Origin: an uncultured bacterium
GTDB taxonomy: Bacteria; Bacteroidota; Rhodothermia; Balneolales; DATFMH01
Direction: 5' to 3'
DNA length: 64,000 nucleotides
Assembly (NCBI GenBank): GCA_963712305.1
Contig: CAVQHI010000002.1
Location: 1,488,885-1,552,884, forward strand
Shown: in pieces, positions 1 to 9,096 of the stretch
How the letters are laid out: each line of letters opens with the position of its first letter
Numbering within the stretch: the stretch's first letter is position 1
Position numbers and translations under genes: made by a program
The notes under the pieces: model-generated
Databases searched by the model: none
What the model was told of the DNA's origin: nothing
What the model saw: only the letters and a program-made list of their open reading frames with translations

Positions 1-528
1 TTGTTTCAGATCGGGTTCCGGACGTTTGAGTATGATAGATGGAGCGCCATCGGTTCCATCGGGCCATAACGGAGCGGTCAATTGCGATTTATGACCATCC
101 CGGTCGATACTCCAGACTCCTGTGTCCACATTTCCTGCTATGAGGAGTCCTGTCGACGGCTTATAACAAAGTCCCATGGATGGAATGCCATTCAGGCAAA
201 ATCCGATCAGGATGAAAAAATTATCTTTCCCGGCGACAAACTGGCGGGTGCCATCAATTGGATCGATAAACCATAATCGCTCGGCACCACTAGGATATTC
301 TTTTGATTCGGATTCTTCTCCCACTAAAGCTTCGCCGGGAAAATGTTGTTCAATCACATCAGTAAAATAGCTGTTTGCCCAGATATCGGCATTCGAGACT
401 GGAGAATCATCCGGCTTTTGTATCACCGTAAAGCTGGATTCATCCCTCATCCGTGTAACCTGGTCGCCGGCGGTTCTCAAATAAGGGTGTAATTGTCGAA
501 TTCTCTTCTCAAAATCGATTTTAGTCAT
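1..528 (-). CDS. Inositol monophosphatase-family phosphatase (CysQ/SuhB-like); 3' end runs off the window
   Basis: Absent from the ORF track because there is no stop inside the window. Reverse-strand ATG at 528-526 opens a stop-free frame to position 1: MTKIDFEKRIRQLHPYLRTAGDQV...VIQKPDDSPVSNADIWANSYF...ALVGEESE...ERLWFIDPIDGTRQFVAGKDNFFILIGF. The EE metal site and the WxIDPIDGT motif are IMPase/CysQ family signatures. Confidence 0.75.
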   Translation of the reverse strand, partial: MTKIDFEKRIRQLHPYLRTAGDQVTRMRDESSFTVIQKPDDSPVSNADIWANSYFTDVIEQHFPGEALVGEESESKEYPSGAERLWFIDPIDGTRQFVAGKDNFFILIGFCLNGIPSMGLCYKPSTGLLIAGNVDTGVWSIDRDGHKSQLTAPLWPDGTDGAPSIILKRPEPDLKQ

Positions 529-861
529 AAACTATAAGTGAAATTGAATGTTATTCCGATTCTGCAAAAACGGGAGCTGATAGTATGTTTTCGGTCACTA
601 AGCCCGACAGAAATTCGAAATTGAATAATTAGAAATTTGATGGAATCAGTTTGCAGAATTATTTGTAATGTCCGTCCGGCCTAAACAGTTTCGATGCATG
701 CTTTTGATTTCATTCCGGTAAAAGTGAAACGAATTTCTAATTATCTGATTTTTATTAACTGATTATCGTTTACTATCCAAAGTGAATGCACGTAATAGCC
801 TGTAGTGTTCTGTATATTACAGAGTGTAAGATAACGGAAATTGATCATAAAAATTTAGATT

Positions 862-1038
862 ATGAGTACTTCTTCCAAAGGAATTCATTCGAAAAAAGAT
901 TTGAAACGTCAATCGAAACACGAATATCGTAAAATGAGACGTTACGTCAGAGCTAATCCGGAAACAGGATTGATTGTAACTCTTATTGGTGGTTTTACGC
1001 TCGGCTTGTTAATTTCCGCACTAGTCCGTCCCAGGTGA
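862..1038 (+). CDS. Small (58 aa) basic protein with a C-terminal transmembrane tail; hypothetical
   Basis: ATG 862 to TGA 1036-1038, below the track's size cut-off: MSTSSKGIHSKKDLKRQSKHEYRKMRRYVRANPETGLIVTLIGGFTLGLLISALVRPR. A Lys/Arg-rich N-half is followed by a single hydrophobic helix ending in R-P-R, reminiscent of tail-anchored DUF883/ElaB-type C-termini. No other support. Confidence 0.35.
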   Translation: MSTSSKGIHSKKDLKRQSKHEYRKMRRYVRANPETGLIVTLIGGFTLGLLISALVRPR

Positions 1039-1101
1039 TCTTAAGGAGAAAATTGGCGGAAGTTTAAAATAGTTTCAAAATAGTAAGAAAGGGAAAACAC
1101 A

Positions 1102-2221
1102 TTGTCTCAGACTGAAGTACTGTACACGACCGAACAATTGTCCGAACTATTTCAGCGCGTGGATGCGCTGAGGAGGTATCTTTGACTACGATAATCGTAA
1201 AAATCGGATAAAAGAGCTCGAAGATCAGGCTCAGCAGCCAGGGTTTTGGGATGATGCGGATCATGCCCAGGAGATCATGAAAGAACTCAATGATGAAAAA
1301 GAGTGGGTTAAGTCATGGGATGAAGTTGATGAATTGCGTCAGAGTATCCAGGTATTCAGGGAATTTCTCAAGGAAGGGGAAGATGTTGCCGACGAACTGA
1401 ACAAGGAGATTGAACGACTTAAATCGCGTGTTGAAGATCTTGAGCTGAAGAATATGCTGCAAGGCGAGGATGATCATCGGGATGCTATCCTCACGATCAA
1501 TCCCGGTGCCGGCGGAACGGAAAGCCAGGACTGGGCGCAGATGTTATACCGGATGTTCGTACGCTGGGGTGAACGAAGAGGCTATAGTGTCAACACTCTC
1601 GAATATCAGCCGGGCGATGTAGCTGGCATTAAAAGTGCCACAATCGAGTTTAAAGGCAATTTTGCATATGGATATCTGAAAGCTGAGACAGGTGTGCATC
1701 GCCTGGTCAGAATTTCACCCTTTGACAGCAATGCCAGGCGTCATACTTCTTTTTGTTCGGTATTTGTATACCCGGTAGTCGATGATAATATCGAAATCGA
1801 TCTTAATCCGGATGACGTTGAGCTGCAGCGTTTCCATTCCAGCGGTAAAGGTGGACAGAACGTCAATAAGGTTGAAACGGGGGTACGTCTTATCTGGACC
1901 GGCAAGCTTTCTGACGGATCATCAGACCGGGTAGTAGCAGAGTGTCAGCAGGAACGGTCACAGCTGCAGAATCGTGAAAAAGCGATGCAGATGCTTAAGT
2001 CACGCGTCTACGAGCTGGAAAAACGGATTCGCGACGAGGCCCGGGATCAACTCGAATCAACCAAGAAAGCAAATGAATGGGGATCTCAGATTCGGTCCTA
2101 TGTAATGCATCCGTATAACATGGTTAAAGACCACCGAACGGATCATGAAACGTCCAATGTTAGTGCTGTCATGGATGGCGAGCTGGACGATTTTATCAAA
2201 GCTTACCTCATGAGTGAATGA
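1102..2221 (+). CDS. prfB: Peptide chain release factor 2, requires programmed +1 ribosomal frameshift at 1180-1186
   Basis: Frame 0 runs from TTG 1102 to CTT(1180-1182) TGA(1183-1185) and encodes MSQTEVLYTTEQLSELFQRVDALRRYL*. The +1 frame from GAC 1184 (DYDNRKNRIKELEDQAQQPGFWDDADHAQEIMKEL...) is contiguous with the 314-aa track ORF 1277..2221. RF2 hallmarks present: SPF (RISPFDS) and GGQ (SGKGGQNVNK). The TTG start is inferred as the first start codon after the in-frame TAA at 1084. Confidence 0.9.
1171..1186 (+). promoter_or_regulatory. prfB autoregulatory +1 frameshift site (internal SD-like AGGAGG, slippery CTT, in-frame TGA followed by C)
   Basis: The sequence AGGAGG TAT CTT TGA C matches the canonical bacterial prfB recoding cassette: SD-like element 3 nt before CUU, then UGA-C. 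Confidence 0.85.
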
Positions 2222-3804
2222 AACACGAATACGACTTTCTCATCATTGGCAGTGGTGCTGCAGGACTTAGTTATGCATTAAAAGTGGCTGACCATGGCCG
2301 GGTGTGCATCATCACAAAAAAGGAGAAATCGGAGGCGAATACCAATTATGCCCAGGGTGGAATCGCTGCCGTAATGCTTCCTGATGATAGCATCCAGCAA
2401 CACATCGAAGATACGTTAATTGCCGGGGCCGGACTTTGCAACCGTGATGCGGTTGAACAAATCGTACGCGATGGCCCGGGGAAAGTACGGGAGATGATTG
2501 AGATGGGTGTCCAATTTTCCAAATCGCACGGTGATCTGGATCTTGGACGCGAGGGGGGACACTCGGCGAATCGCATTGTACATGCCAAGGACACTACCGG
2601 ACATGAGATCGAAAGAGTTCTGCTTGAACGTGTTCATGAACATCCAAACATCAGTATGTTTGAACACCATTTCGCTCTTGAACTGATCACGGAACATCAT
2701 ATTGGTCGCCATGTAACCAGATATGACGAAGACATTCACTGTTTCGGGGCCTATGTCCTGGACATCGAAGCCAACCGCGTTGATGCCTATCTCGCCAAAT
2801 CAACGCTGCTTGCATCCGGTGGATCAGGCCAGGTTTACTTGCACACTACCAACCCGGAAGTCGCAACGGGTGATGGCGTCGCGATGGCATACCGGGCAAA
2901 GGCAAGGATGGCAAACATGGAATTTTTCCAGTTTCATCCTACGACTCTTTGCCTGCCGGACGCCGGATCTTTCCTTATATCCGAAGCAGTACGTGGTCAC
3001 GGAGGCATATTGCGAAACAATAAGGGTGAGCCCTTCATGAAACAGTATGATGAGCGTGCCGATCTTGCTCCGCGTGATATTGTTGCACGTTCGATCGATG
3101 ACCAATTGAAACGATCAGGCGACGACTGTGCCTTTCTTGATGTTACTCATATTGATTCTGATGATATCAAATCGCGTTTCCCGCACATCTATAATACCTG
3201 TCTCAATTACGGTCTGGATATCACGAAAGAATATATCCCTGTTGTTCCTGCAGCCCACTATCAGTGCGGAGGCGTATTGACTGATCTTGATGGCAGGACT
3301 ACGATAAGTGGTTTGTTTGCCTGTGGTGAGGTTGCCTGTACCGGTGTTCATGGTGCTAATCGTCTGGCGTCAAATAGTTTGCTTGAGGCAGCGGTTTTTG
3401 CCGATCATTCTGCTGATGCGGCCATCGGTTATGTAGCTTCTTTAACTGGTCATGTTGATGTTCCGGAGTGGGATGAAAGCGGGACATTTGATACTGAAGA
3501 GTGGATCTTGATTTCCCATAATCGATTGGAACTCAAACAGATTATGTGGGATTATGTTGGGATTGTAAGAAGCACGCTGCGACTTGAACGGGCGTTTCGG
3601 AGAACAAAACTGCTGTATGACGAGATTGAAGATTTTTATGAACGCAACAGGGTGAGTGTGCCGCTGTGTGAGCTGAGGAATATGATCGCAGTCTGTTACT
3701 TGATTATACGTTCAGCCATGTCGCGCAGAGAAAGCCGGGGATTGCATTATACCACTGATTATCCGGAGACATCAGAGGCTGAAAAAAGATATACCCTGGT
3801 CTGA
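2218..3804 (+). CDS. nadB: L-aspartate oxidase
   Basis: 528 aa. N-terminal FAD-binding fold DFLIIGSGAAGLSYA, NYAQGGIAA, and the flavoprotein C-terminal motif HGANRLASNSLLE. Length and lack of an Fe-S partner gene fit NadB rather than SdhA/FrdA. Its ATG overlaps the prfB stop (ATGA at 2218-2221). Confidence 0.9.
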   Translation: MKHEYDFLIIGSGAAGLSYALKVADHGRVCIITKKEKSEANTNYAQGGIAAVMLPDDSIQQHIEDTLIAGAGLCNRDAVEQIVRDGPGKVREMIEMGVQFSKSHGDLDLGREGGHSANRIVHAKDTTGHEIERVLLERVHEHPNISMFEHHFALELITEHHIGRHVTRYDEDIHCFGAYVLDIEANRVDAYLAKSTLLASGGSGQVYLHTTNPEVATGDGVAMAYRAKARMANMEFFQFHPTTLCLPDAGSFLISEAVRGHGGILRNNKGEPFMKQYDERADLAPRDIVARSIDDQLKRSGDDCAFLDVTHIDSDDIKSRFPHIYNTCLNYGLDITKEYIPVVPAAHYQCGGVLTDLDGRTTISGLFACGEVACTGVHGANRLASNSLLEAAVFADHSADAAIGYVASLTGHVDVPEWDESGTFDTEEWILISHNRLELKQIMWDYVGIVRSTLRLERAFRRTKLLYDEIEDFYERNRVSVPLCELRNMIAVCYLIIRSAMSRRESRGLHYTTDYPETSEAEKRYTLV

Positions 3805-3956
3805 AGTACTTAAAGTGCCTAAAGTACTTAGGAATACTAAGAGTTTTTTCTCTATGTAAGGAGTGAGAAACGATGCTTCTGAGGACTGGATATGATAGAA
3901 ATCAATGAGGAAGAGATTCATAACGCAAGAAATGGAATCAACTTTAGGCACTTAAT

Positions 3957-4562
3957 ATGATTAAAGTGGGTGTCACAGGTGGCATAGGCAGCGGCAAGTC
4001 TGCCGTTTGTCGTGTTTGGGAATCTCTGGGAGCCAAGGTCGTCTATGCCGATGATCTTGCCAAGGATTTGATGACCAATGATGACAAGTTGAGAGATGCG
4101 ATCAAATCAATTTTTGGGAATTCGGCTTATGATGAAAAGGGGAAATTGAACCGGAGTTACCTCGCTATGGAAGCCTTTAATAAAGGACGTGTGCAGGAAT
4201 TAAATAATCTGGTACATCCCAGAGTCAAAGAAGAGGTTAACCGGCTGGCATTGGCAGCAGCAGAAGAAGGATACTCCATGTTTGTTGAAGAGGCCGCGCT
4301 CCTGTTAAATGAAGGACGCCCCGGGCACCTGGATGTCATAGTGTTGGTGGAGGCCTCTGAAAAACATCGGCTAAATCGTGTAAAAGCAAGGGATAAGGTA
4401 GATCTGGAACAGATACAGGCCAGGATCCAGCGGCAGCAGGATCCTAAACAACTTCGTATTTTTGCCGATTATATTCTTGTTAATGATGGATCTATGGACG
4501 AATTGACTGAAAGATCCAAGACCTTATACCACAAATTGTTGCTTATAAAGACCCCAAAATGA
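3957..4562 (+). CDS. coaE: Dephospho-CoA kinase
   Basis: 201 aa. P-loop at the extreme N-terminus (IKVGVTGGIGSGKSAV), VHP...V motif, typical CoaE size. Confidence 0.88.
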   Translation: MIKVGVTGGIGSGKSAVCRVWESLGAKVVYADDLAKDLMTNDDKLRDAIKSIFGNSAYDEKGKLNRSYLAMEAFNKGRVQELNNLVHPRVKEEVNRLALAAAEEGYSMFVEEAALLLNEGRPGHLDVIVLVEASEKHRLNRVKARDKVDLEQIQARIQRQQDPKQLRIFADYILVNDGSMDELTERSKTLYHKLLLIKTPK

Positions 4563-5167
4563 ATATCCCGCTCGATTCGGATACTTCCCTGGTATTATTC
4601 GAAAGGACTCAAACAGTTGAACTGTTTCATCTTATTTCTATGAATCATGATCATTTGAAAAACTGGGAGCGGTGGACTGTCAATATGAGCACGTTGAAGG
4701 CAGCACAGTATTTCATTGATCAGAATAAACGCCAGTTTGATGAATTATTTGAGTCTGAGAATCCCGCCGGAAACCATCCTGGTTTTCAACTTGGTATTCT
4801 GCACGATAAGAAAATCATTGGATTGGTTGGGTTTCAGGGATTGCGTCTTACCGATCACATTTGTGCACTTGGCTATTGGATAGATGAGCATAGGCAAGGG
4901 AAAGGTTTTGTGAGCCGCTCCTGCAAGGCGTTGACTGACTATGCATTCAGAGAGCTTGGAATGAACAGGGTCGAGATACAATGCGCTGTTGAAAATGAAC
5001 GCAGCCAGAAAGTTGCAGAACGACTCGGTTTCTGCCGGGAGGCAAGACTAGCAGAAGTGGAATGTAACAATGGAGAGTATATAGACCATTATCTCTACCG
5101 GATGCTCAAAAAAGATTGGGAACAGAACCCCATTATAAAATCTTACAGTAAGCACTTACATAATTAA
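4559..5167 (+). CDS. GNAT family N-acetyltransferase (RimJ/RimL-like)
   Basis: 202 aa. Acetyl-CoA binding core GYWIDEHRQGKGFVSRSCKALTDYAF...LGMNRVEIQCAVENERSQKVAERLGF. Start overlaps the coaE stop (ATGA). Confidence 0.8.
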   Translation: MNIPLDSDTSLVLFERTQTVELFHLISMNHDHLKNWERWTVNMSTLKAAQYFIDQNKRQFDELFESENPAGNHPGFQLGILHDKKIIGLVGFQGLRLTDHICALGYWIDEHRQGKGFVSRSCKALTDYAFRELGMNRVEIQCAVENERSQKVAERLGFCREARLAEVECNNGEYIDHYLYRMLKKDWEQNPIIKSYSKHLHN

Positions 5168-5263
5168 TTTCACTTGTTACATTATGTAAGAAGTCGTACC
5201 ATCAAAAAAGCGCTTTTTCATAAATTATTACCAGGTCCCAAAAACAAATGATCGAGGCAACGA

Positions 5264-6310
5264 ATGGCTGATTTTGAATCGGATAGACTTATAACGCTCG
5301 AAGAATACATCATTTCAACGCAGAACAGGTTTCCCGGGGCGACCGGAGAACTTTCACAATTGCTTAGGGACATTAGCCTGGCAGCTAAAATCATTTCACG
5401 AGAGGTAAATAAGGCAGGGATTACGAATATTCTTGGATTCGAAGGAAGCATGAACGTGCATGGCGAGAGAGTAAAAAAACTCGATGTCTTTGCAAACGAC
5501 CAGATGCTTTCGGCCTTGTCACGATCAAACATCGTGTCCACGATTATTTCTGAAGAGAGTGAAGGGGTTATCCATCTGAAAAATACCTCGGGTAAATATA
5601 TCGTGTACACCGATCCGCTCGACGGTTCATCAAACATCGATGTTAATATTTCAATAGGTACAATCTTCTCTGTATATATGAGGAAATCACATCGGGCTGA
5701 TTATCCTACAGATGATGATCCTATACAACGCGGCATCCACCAAATAGCGGCCGGATATGTCATTTACGGATCGAGTACGATGCTGGTCTATACCACGGGA
5801 CTTGGCGTCAGCTCATTTACGCTTGATCCCAGCATTGGAGAATTCTTCCTGACAAAAAAAAATATCAAGATACCGGAGATTGGTCCGTACTATAGTATCA
5901 ATGAAGGCAGCTATAATTCATGGGAACCGGGTCTGAAGAAATATATAAAATTCTGCCAGATGGAGGACAAGGAGACCATGCGTCCATATTCTGCACGTTA
6001 TGTCGGATCGATGGTTGCTGATGTGCACAGGACAATGCTCAAGGGAGGAATCTTCATTTATCCGCCAAGTAAAAAGTATCCGGATGGAAAGCTTCGTCTA
6101 ATGTATGAGTGCAATCCGCTGGCATTTCTTATTGAGCAGGCAGGCGGGAGAGCAAGCAATGGATTCGGGAGAGTTATGGAAGTGGAGCCCAACAGTATTC
6201 ATCAACGAACGCCCATTTATATCGGGTCAACATATAACGTGGAACAGGCCGAATACTTTTTGAAGAAGTATGAAGCGGTAGGTTTGGAACGGAGTGCGTC
6301 AGCATCCTGA
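5264..6310 (+). CDS. fbp: Fructose-1,6-bisphosphatase class 1
   Basis: 348 aa. TLEEYII...GELSQLLRDISLAAKIISREVNKAG, metal-binding DPLDGSSNIDVN, GKLRLMYECNPLAFLIEQAGG. These are classical class I FBPase motifs. Confidence 0.92.
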   Translation: MADFESDRLITLEEYIISTQNRFPGATGELSQLLRDISLAAKIISREVNKAGITNILGFEGSMNVHGERVKKLDVFANDQMLSALSRSNIVSTIISEESEGVIHLKNTSGKYIVYTDPLDGSSNIDVNISIGTIFSVYMRKSHRADYPTDDDPIQRGIHQIAAGYVIYGSSTMLVYTTGLGVSSFTLDPSIGEFFLTKKNIKIPEIGPYYSINEGSYNSWEPGLKKYIKFCQMEDKETMRPYSARYVGSMVADVHRTMLKGGIFIYPPSKKYPDGKLRLMYECNPLAFLIEQAGGRASNGFGRVMEVEPNSIHQRTPIYIGSTYNVEQAEYFLKKYEAVGLERSASAS

Positions 6311-6677
6311 TATTAAGTTATTCAACAACACCAAACCGTGTACAAGTGGAGACGGAATACAAGTATATCGTGAATCGCACTGCGATGGATTCTATTCTGT
6401 TGGGCTAAAGATCCAATGAGTTCATGAAGACAAGATCTGCTTCAGCAAAGCTATTTTGTTTCAAAGTCCCGGAATGATAGGCTGAGACCCAAAATTCACC
6501 CGATTGTACTAAGTTACGCCTGTCTATATATTTTAAGATATTACATTCGATTTATTCAGTCTGCCCGGATATTGTAAATGTGAATGGTAAAGTAAGTTAA
6601 AGGATATTAGGCAGATAACATGTGAAGGTAATCGATATCAAACGAACGTTATATTAATAATTAGACAGACCGGAATA

Positions 6678-8573
6678 ATGAAACATAAAGGTTTGCTGAT
6701 CCTATTGGCATGTATCTTGTTTTCGGGAAAAGTCTTTTCAGAACCGAATAAAGTTACAGTTGAATCACCCGATCATCATTTGAGGATGGAGTTTTATCTT
6801 AAGAAAGATAAAGACCAAAATGCGCTGTTGCACTACGATGTATCCTATAATGGAATGCCTGTTGTCCTGGACTCTCAAATGGGGTTGAATGTAGAGGGAA
6901 AATCTTACTGGAAAGAAAATTACGAGATTACCGGAGTTGAACAATCTACAAAGGATACAACCTGGAAACCGATTTACGGTCAGAGGGATGTTATAAAAGA
7001 TGACTACAACGAGTTGATCGTACATTTGGCAAAAATTCAGTATCCATCGAGGAAGATGGATCTGGTCATTCGCGCGTACAATGCAGGTGTGGCTTTTAAG
7101 TATGCGTTTCCAAAATCTAAAGACGGTAAGAGTCTCTTTTATATAACAGGTGATGAGACTCAGTTCACGATGCCGGCCGATACGAAAGGATGGGTTGCCT
7201 ACCGGCCCCAGGGTACCTACGAAAAGCTTCCGCTGTCCGGCTGGAAAGGAAACGTGTGTCGCCCGCTGACCCTTGAGCTTAAAAACGGTCTGTACGTATC
7301 TTTGACGGAGGCAGAGATGGTTACTTTTGCCCGGGCACAGTTCACACTTGATGAAAGTAAGACTAATACCATTGTCTGTTCGCAGTCAGGGGATGTTACT
7401 AAATACCTGCCATTTGCCACACCGTGGCGGGTGATTATGGTGGCTGAAACACCGGGTGACCTGATCGAAGATGATGATCTGATACTAAACCTGAATCCGC
7501 CGAATAAAATTAAAGATCCCTCCTGGATTAAGCCAGGCAAGGTCATGCGGGAAATTTCCCTCAGTACGACGGGCGCAGAACAGGTTGTGGATTTTGCAGT
7601 AAAGCATGATATACAATACATGTTGTTTGATGCAAGGTGGTATGGCAATGAATACGATATAAGTTCCGATGCGACGACGATAGATACGGTTCGTCACGAT
7701 TTAAATTTACATCATGCTATCTCATATGCCAGAAAGAATAATATCGGTGTGATATTGTATGTGAACCAGGAACAGCTAACTTATCAAATTGATGAATTGC
7801 TGCCTCTTTACAGAAAATGGGGAGCTGTCGGGGTTAAATACGGCTTTGTACATGTGGGGTCGCAATTTTGGACAACCTGGCTTCACAATGCCGTAAAGAA
7901 GGCCGCCGACAATCATTTAATGGTTGATATACACGATAAATACCGCCCTACCGGGTTTAGCCGCACCTATCCGAATCTTATGACCCAGGAGGGCATTCGC
8001 GGCAATGAGGAATTTCCTGATGCGACGACCAATACCATTCTTCCTTTTACCCGTTTTCTGGCTGGTCCGGCAGATTATACGATATGTTACTATGACAAAC
8101 GGTTAAAGACCACACACGCCCATCAGCTGGCACTTTCAGTAGTCTATTATAGTCCGTTGCAGTTACTGTTTTGGTATGATAAACCCTCCTATTACCAGGG
8201 AGAGCCCGAGGTGCAGTTCTTTGATCATGTGAAGACAGTTTGGGACGAGACGAAAGTCGTAAATGGGGAAATCGGCAAATATATAACCGTGGCAAGACGC
8301 AGCGGCAAAGAATGGTTTGTTGGGACGATAAACAACGACAAGGGACGAAAACTTAGCGTTTCCTTTTCATTTCTGGATCCAAATAAAAAGTACGTTGCTC
8401 ATATATATACAGACGGGGGAGACGAGGTGAAAACCAGGACTCATGTTAAAGTCGGCCAATATATTGTCACATCTTCGGATAGGATCAGTTTGGTTTTAAA
8501 AGCCAGTGGGGGATGCGCTATTCGGTTAGTACCCGCTACTAGTCAGGACCTGAAACAGATTAGGAAATTGTGA
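6678..8573 (+). CDS. Glycoside hydrolase family 97-like (alpha-glucosidase/alpha-galactosidase type), secreted
   Basis: 631 aa with a signal peptide. N-terminal pattern SPDHHLRMEFYL...LHYDVSYNGMPVVLDSQMGL resembles the GH97 N-domain. Central TIM-barrel block WGAVGVKYGFV...MVDIHDKYRPTGFSRTYPNLMTQEGIRGNE resembles the GH97 catalytic core. Called from memory of family motifs, not from an alignment. Confidence 0.65.
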   Translation: MKHKGLLILLACILFSGKVFSEPNKVTVESPDHHLRMEFYLKKDKDQNALLHYDVSYNGMPVVLDSQMGLNVEGKSYWKENYEITGVEQSTKDTTWKPIYGQRDVIKDDYNELIVHLAKIQYPSRKMDLVIRAYNAGVAFKYAFPKSKDGKSLFYITGDETQFTMPADTKGWVAYRPQGTYEKLPLSGWKGNVCRPLTLELKNGLYVSLTEAEMVTFARAQFTLDESKTNTIVCSQSGDVTKYLPFATPWRVIMVAETPGDLIEDDDLILNLNPPNKIKDPSWIKPGKVMREISLSTTGAEQVVDFAVKHDIQYMLFDARWYGNEYDISSDATTIDTVRHDLNLHHAISYARKNNIGVILYVNQEQLTYQIDELLPLYRKWGAVGVKYGFVHVGSQFWTTWLHNAVKKAADNHLMVDIHDKYRPTGFSRTYPNLMTQEGIRGNEEFPDATTNTILPFTRFLAGPADYTICYYDKRLKTTHAHQLALSVVYYSPLQLLFWYDKPSYYQGEPEVQFFDHVKTVWDETKVVNGEIGKYITVARRSGKEWFVGTINNDKGRKLSVSFSFLDPNKKYVAHIYTDGGDEVKTRTHVKVGQYIVTSSDRISLVLKASGGCAIRLVPATSQDLKQIRKL

Positions 8574-9096
8574 CATAATCCGGCATGGCTGAAAGGTCCG
8601 AATTTACTAAGCTTGGAAAGTAATATTCTCAAGCTGGTTCTATCGTTAATCCACTGCGAACAGGCTGCTAAAACAATAATGGTTCAAAACATTATTGATG
8701 TTAATAAGGGAAATGCCCTCTGCCCATTAAGATGTTTTATCCCATTCACTTATTTATTTCGTTCATTTGAGTAAAGTTTTATAATTATAGTTATCGGTAA
8801 CATTTTTTATCTGAATTCTCTGAGTGTAGTGTTTCATTAATTATTATTTTGATTTTTATACCGAAAATATTTTTCCTAAGTCTATGTAATATTAATTATT
8901 AAAACATTTTATAAACAAGTTGTTTTGTGATTAAATCTTATTTATAAATACCTGAAATGGCCATAAAATTGAAGATGTAATAGCGATTTTTTGTTACGAT
9001 ATAGTTGACATTTTACAGCATAATCAATATTTACCCTTAATTAATTTACTTCAGGTAAATTGATAAGTGGTAAAAATCGCAAAATAAGGTGATCAT

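Noticed and set aside
541-861. Search for tRNA/ncRNA in the larger non-coding gaps (541-861, 6311-6677, 37208-37834, 45606-45896)
   Set aside because: No T-arm (GGTTCGAnnCC), cloverleaf or other recognisable RNA-gene signature was seen by eye. Small RNAs cannot be excluded without covariance-model scans.
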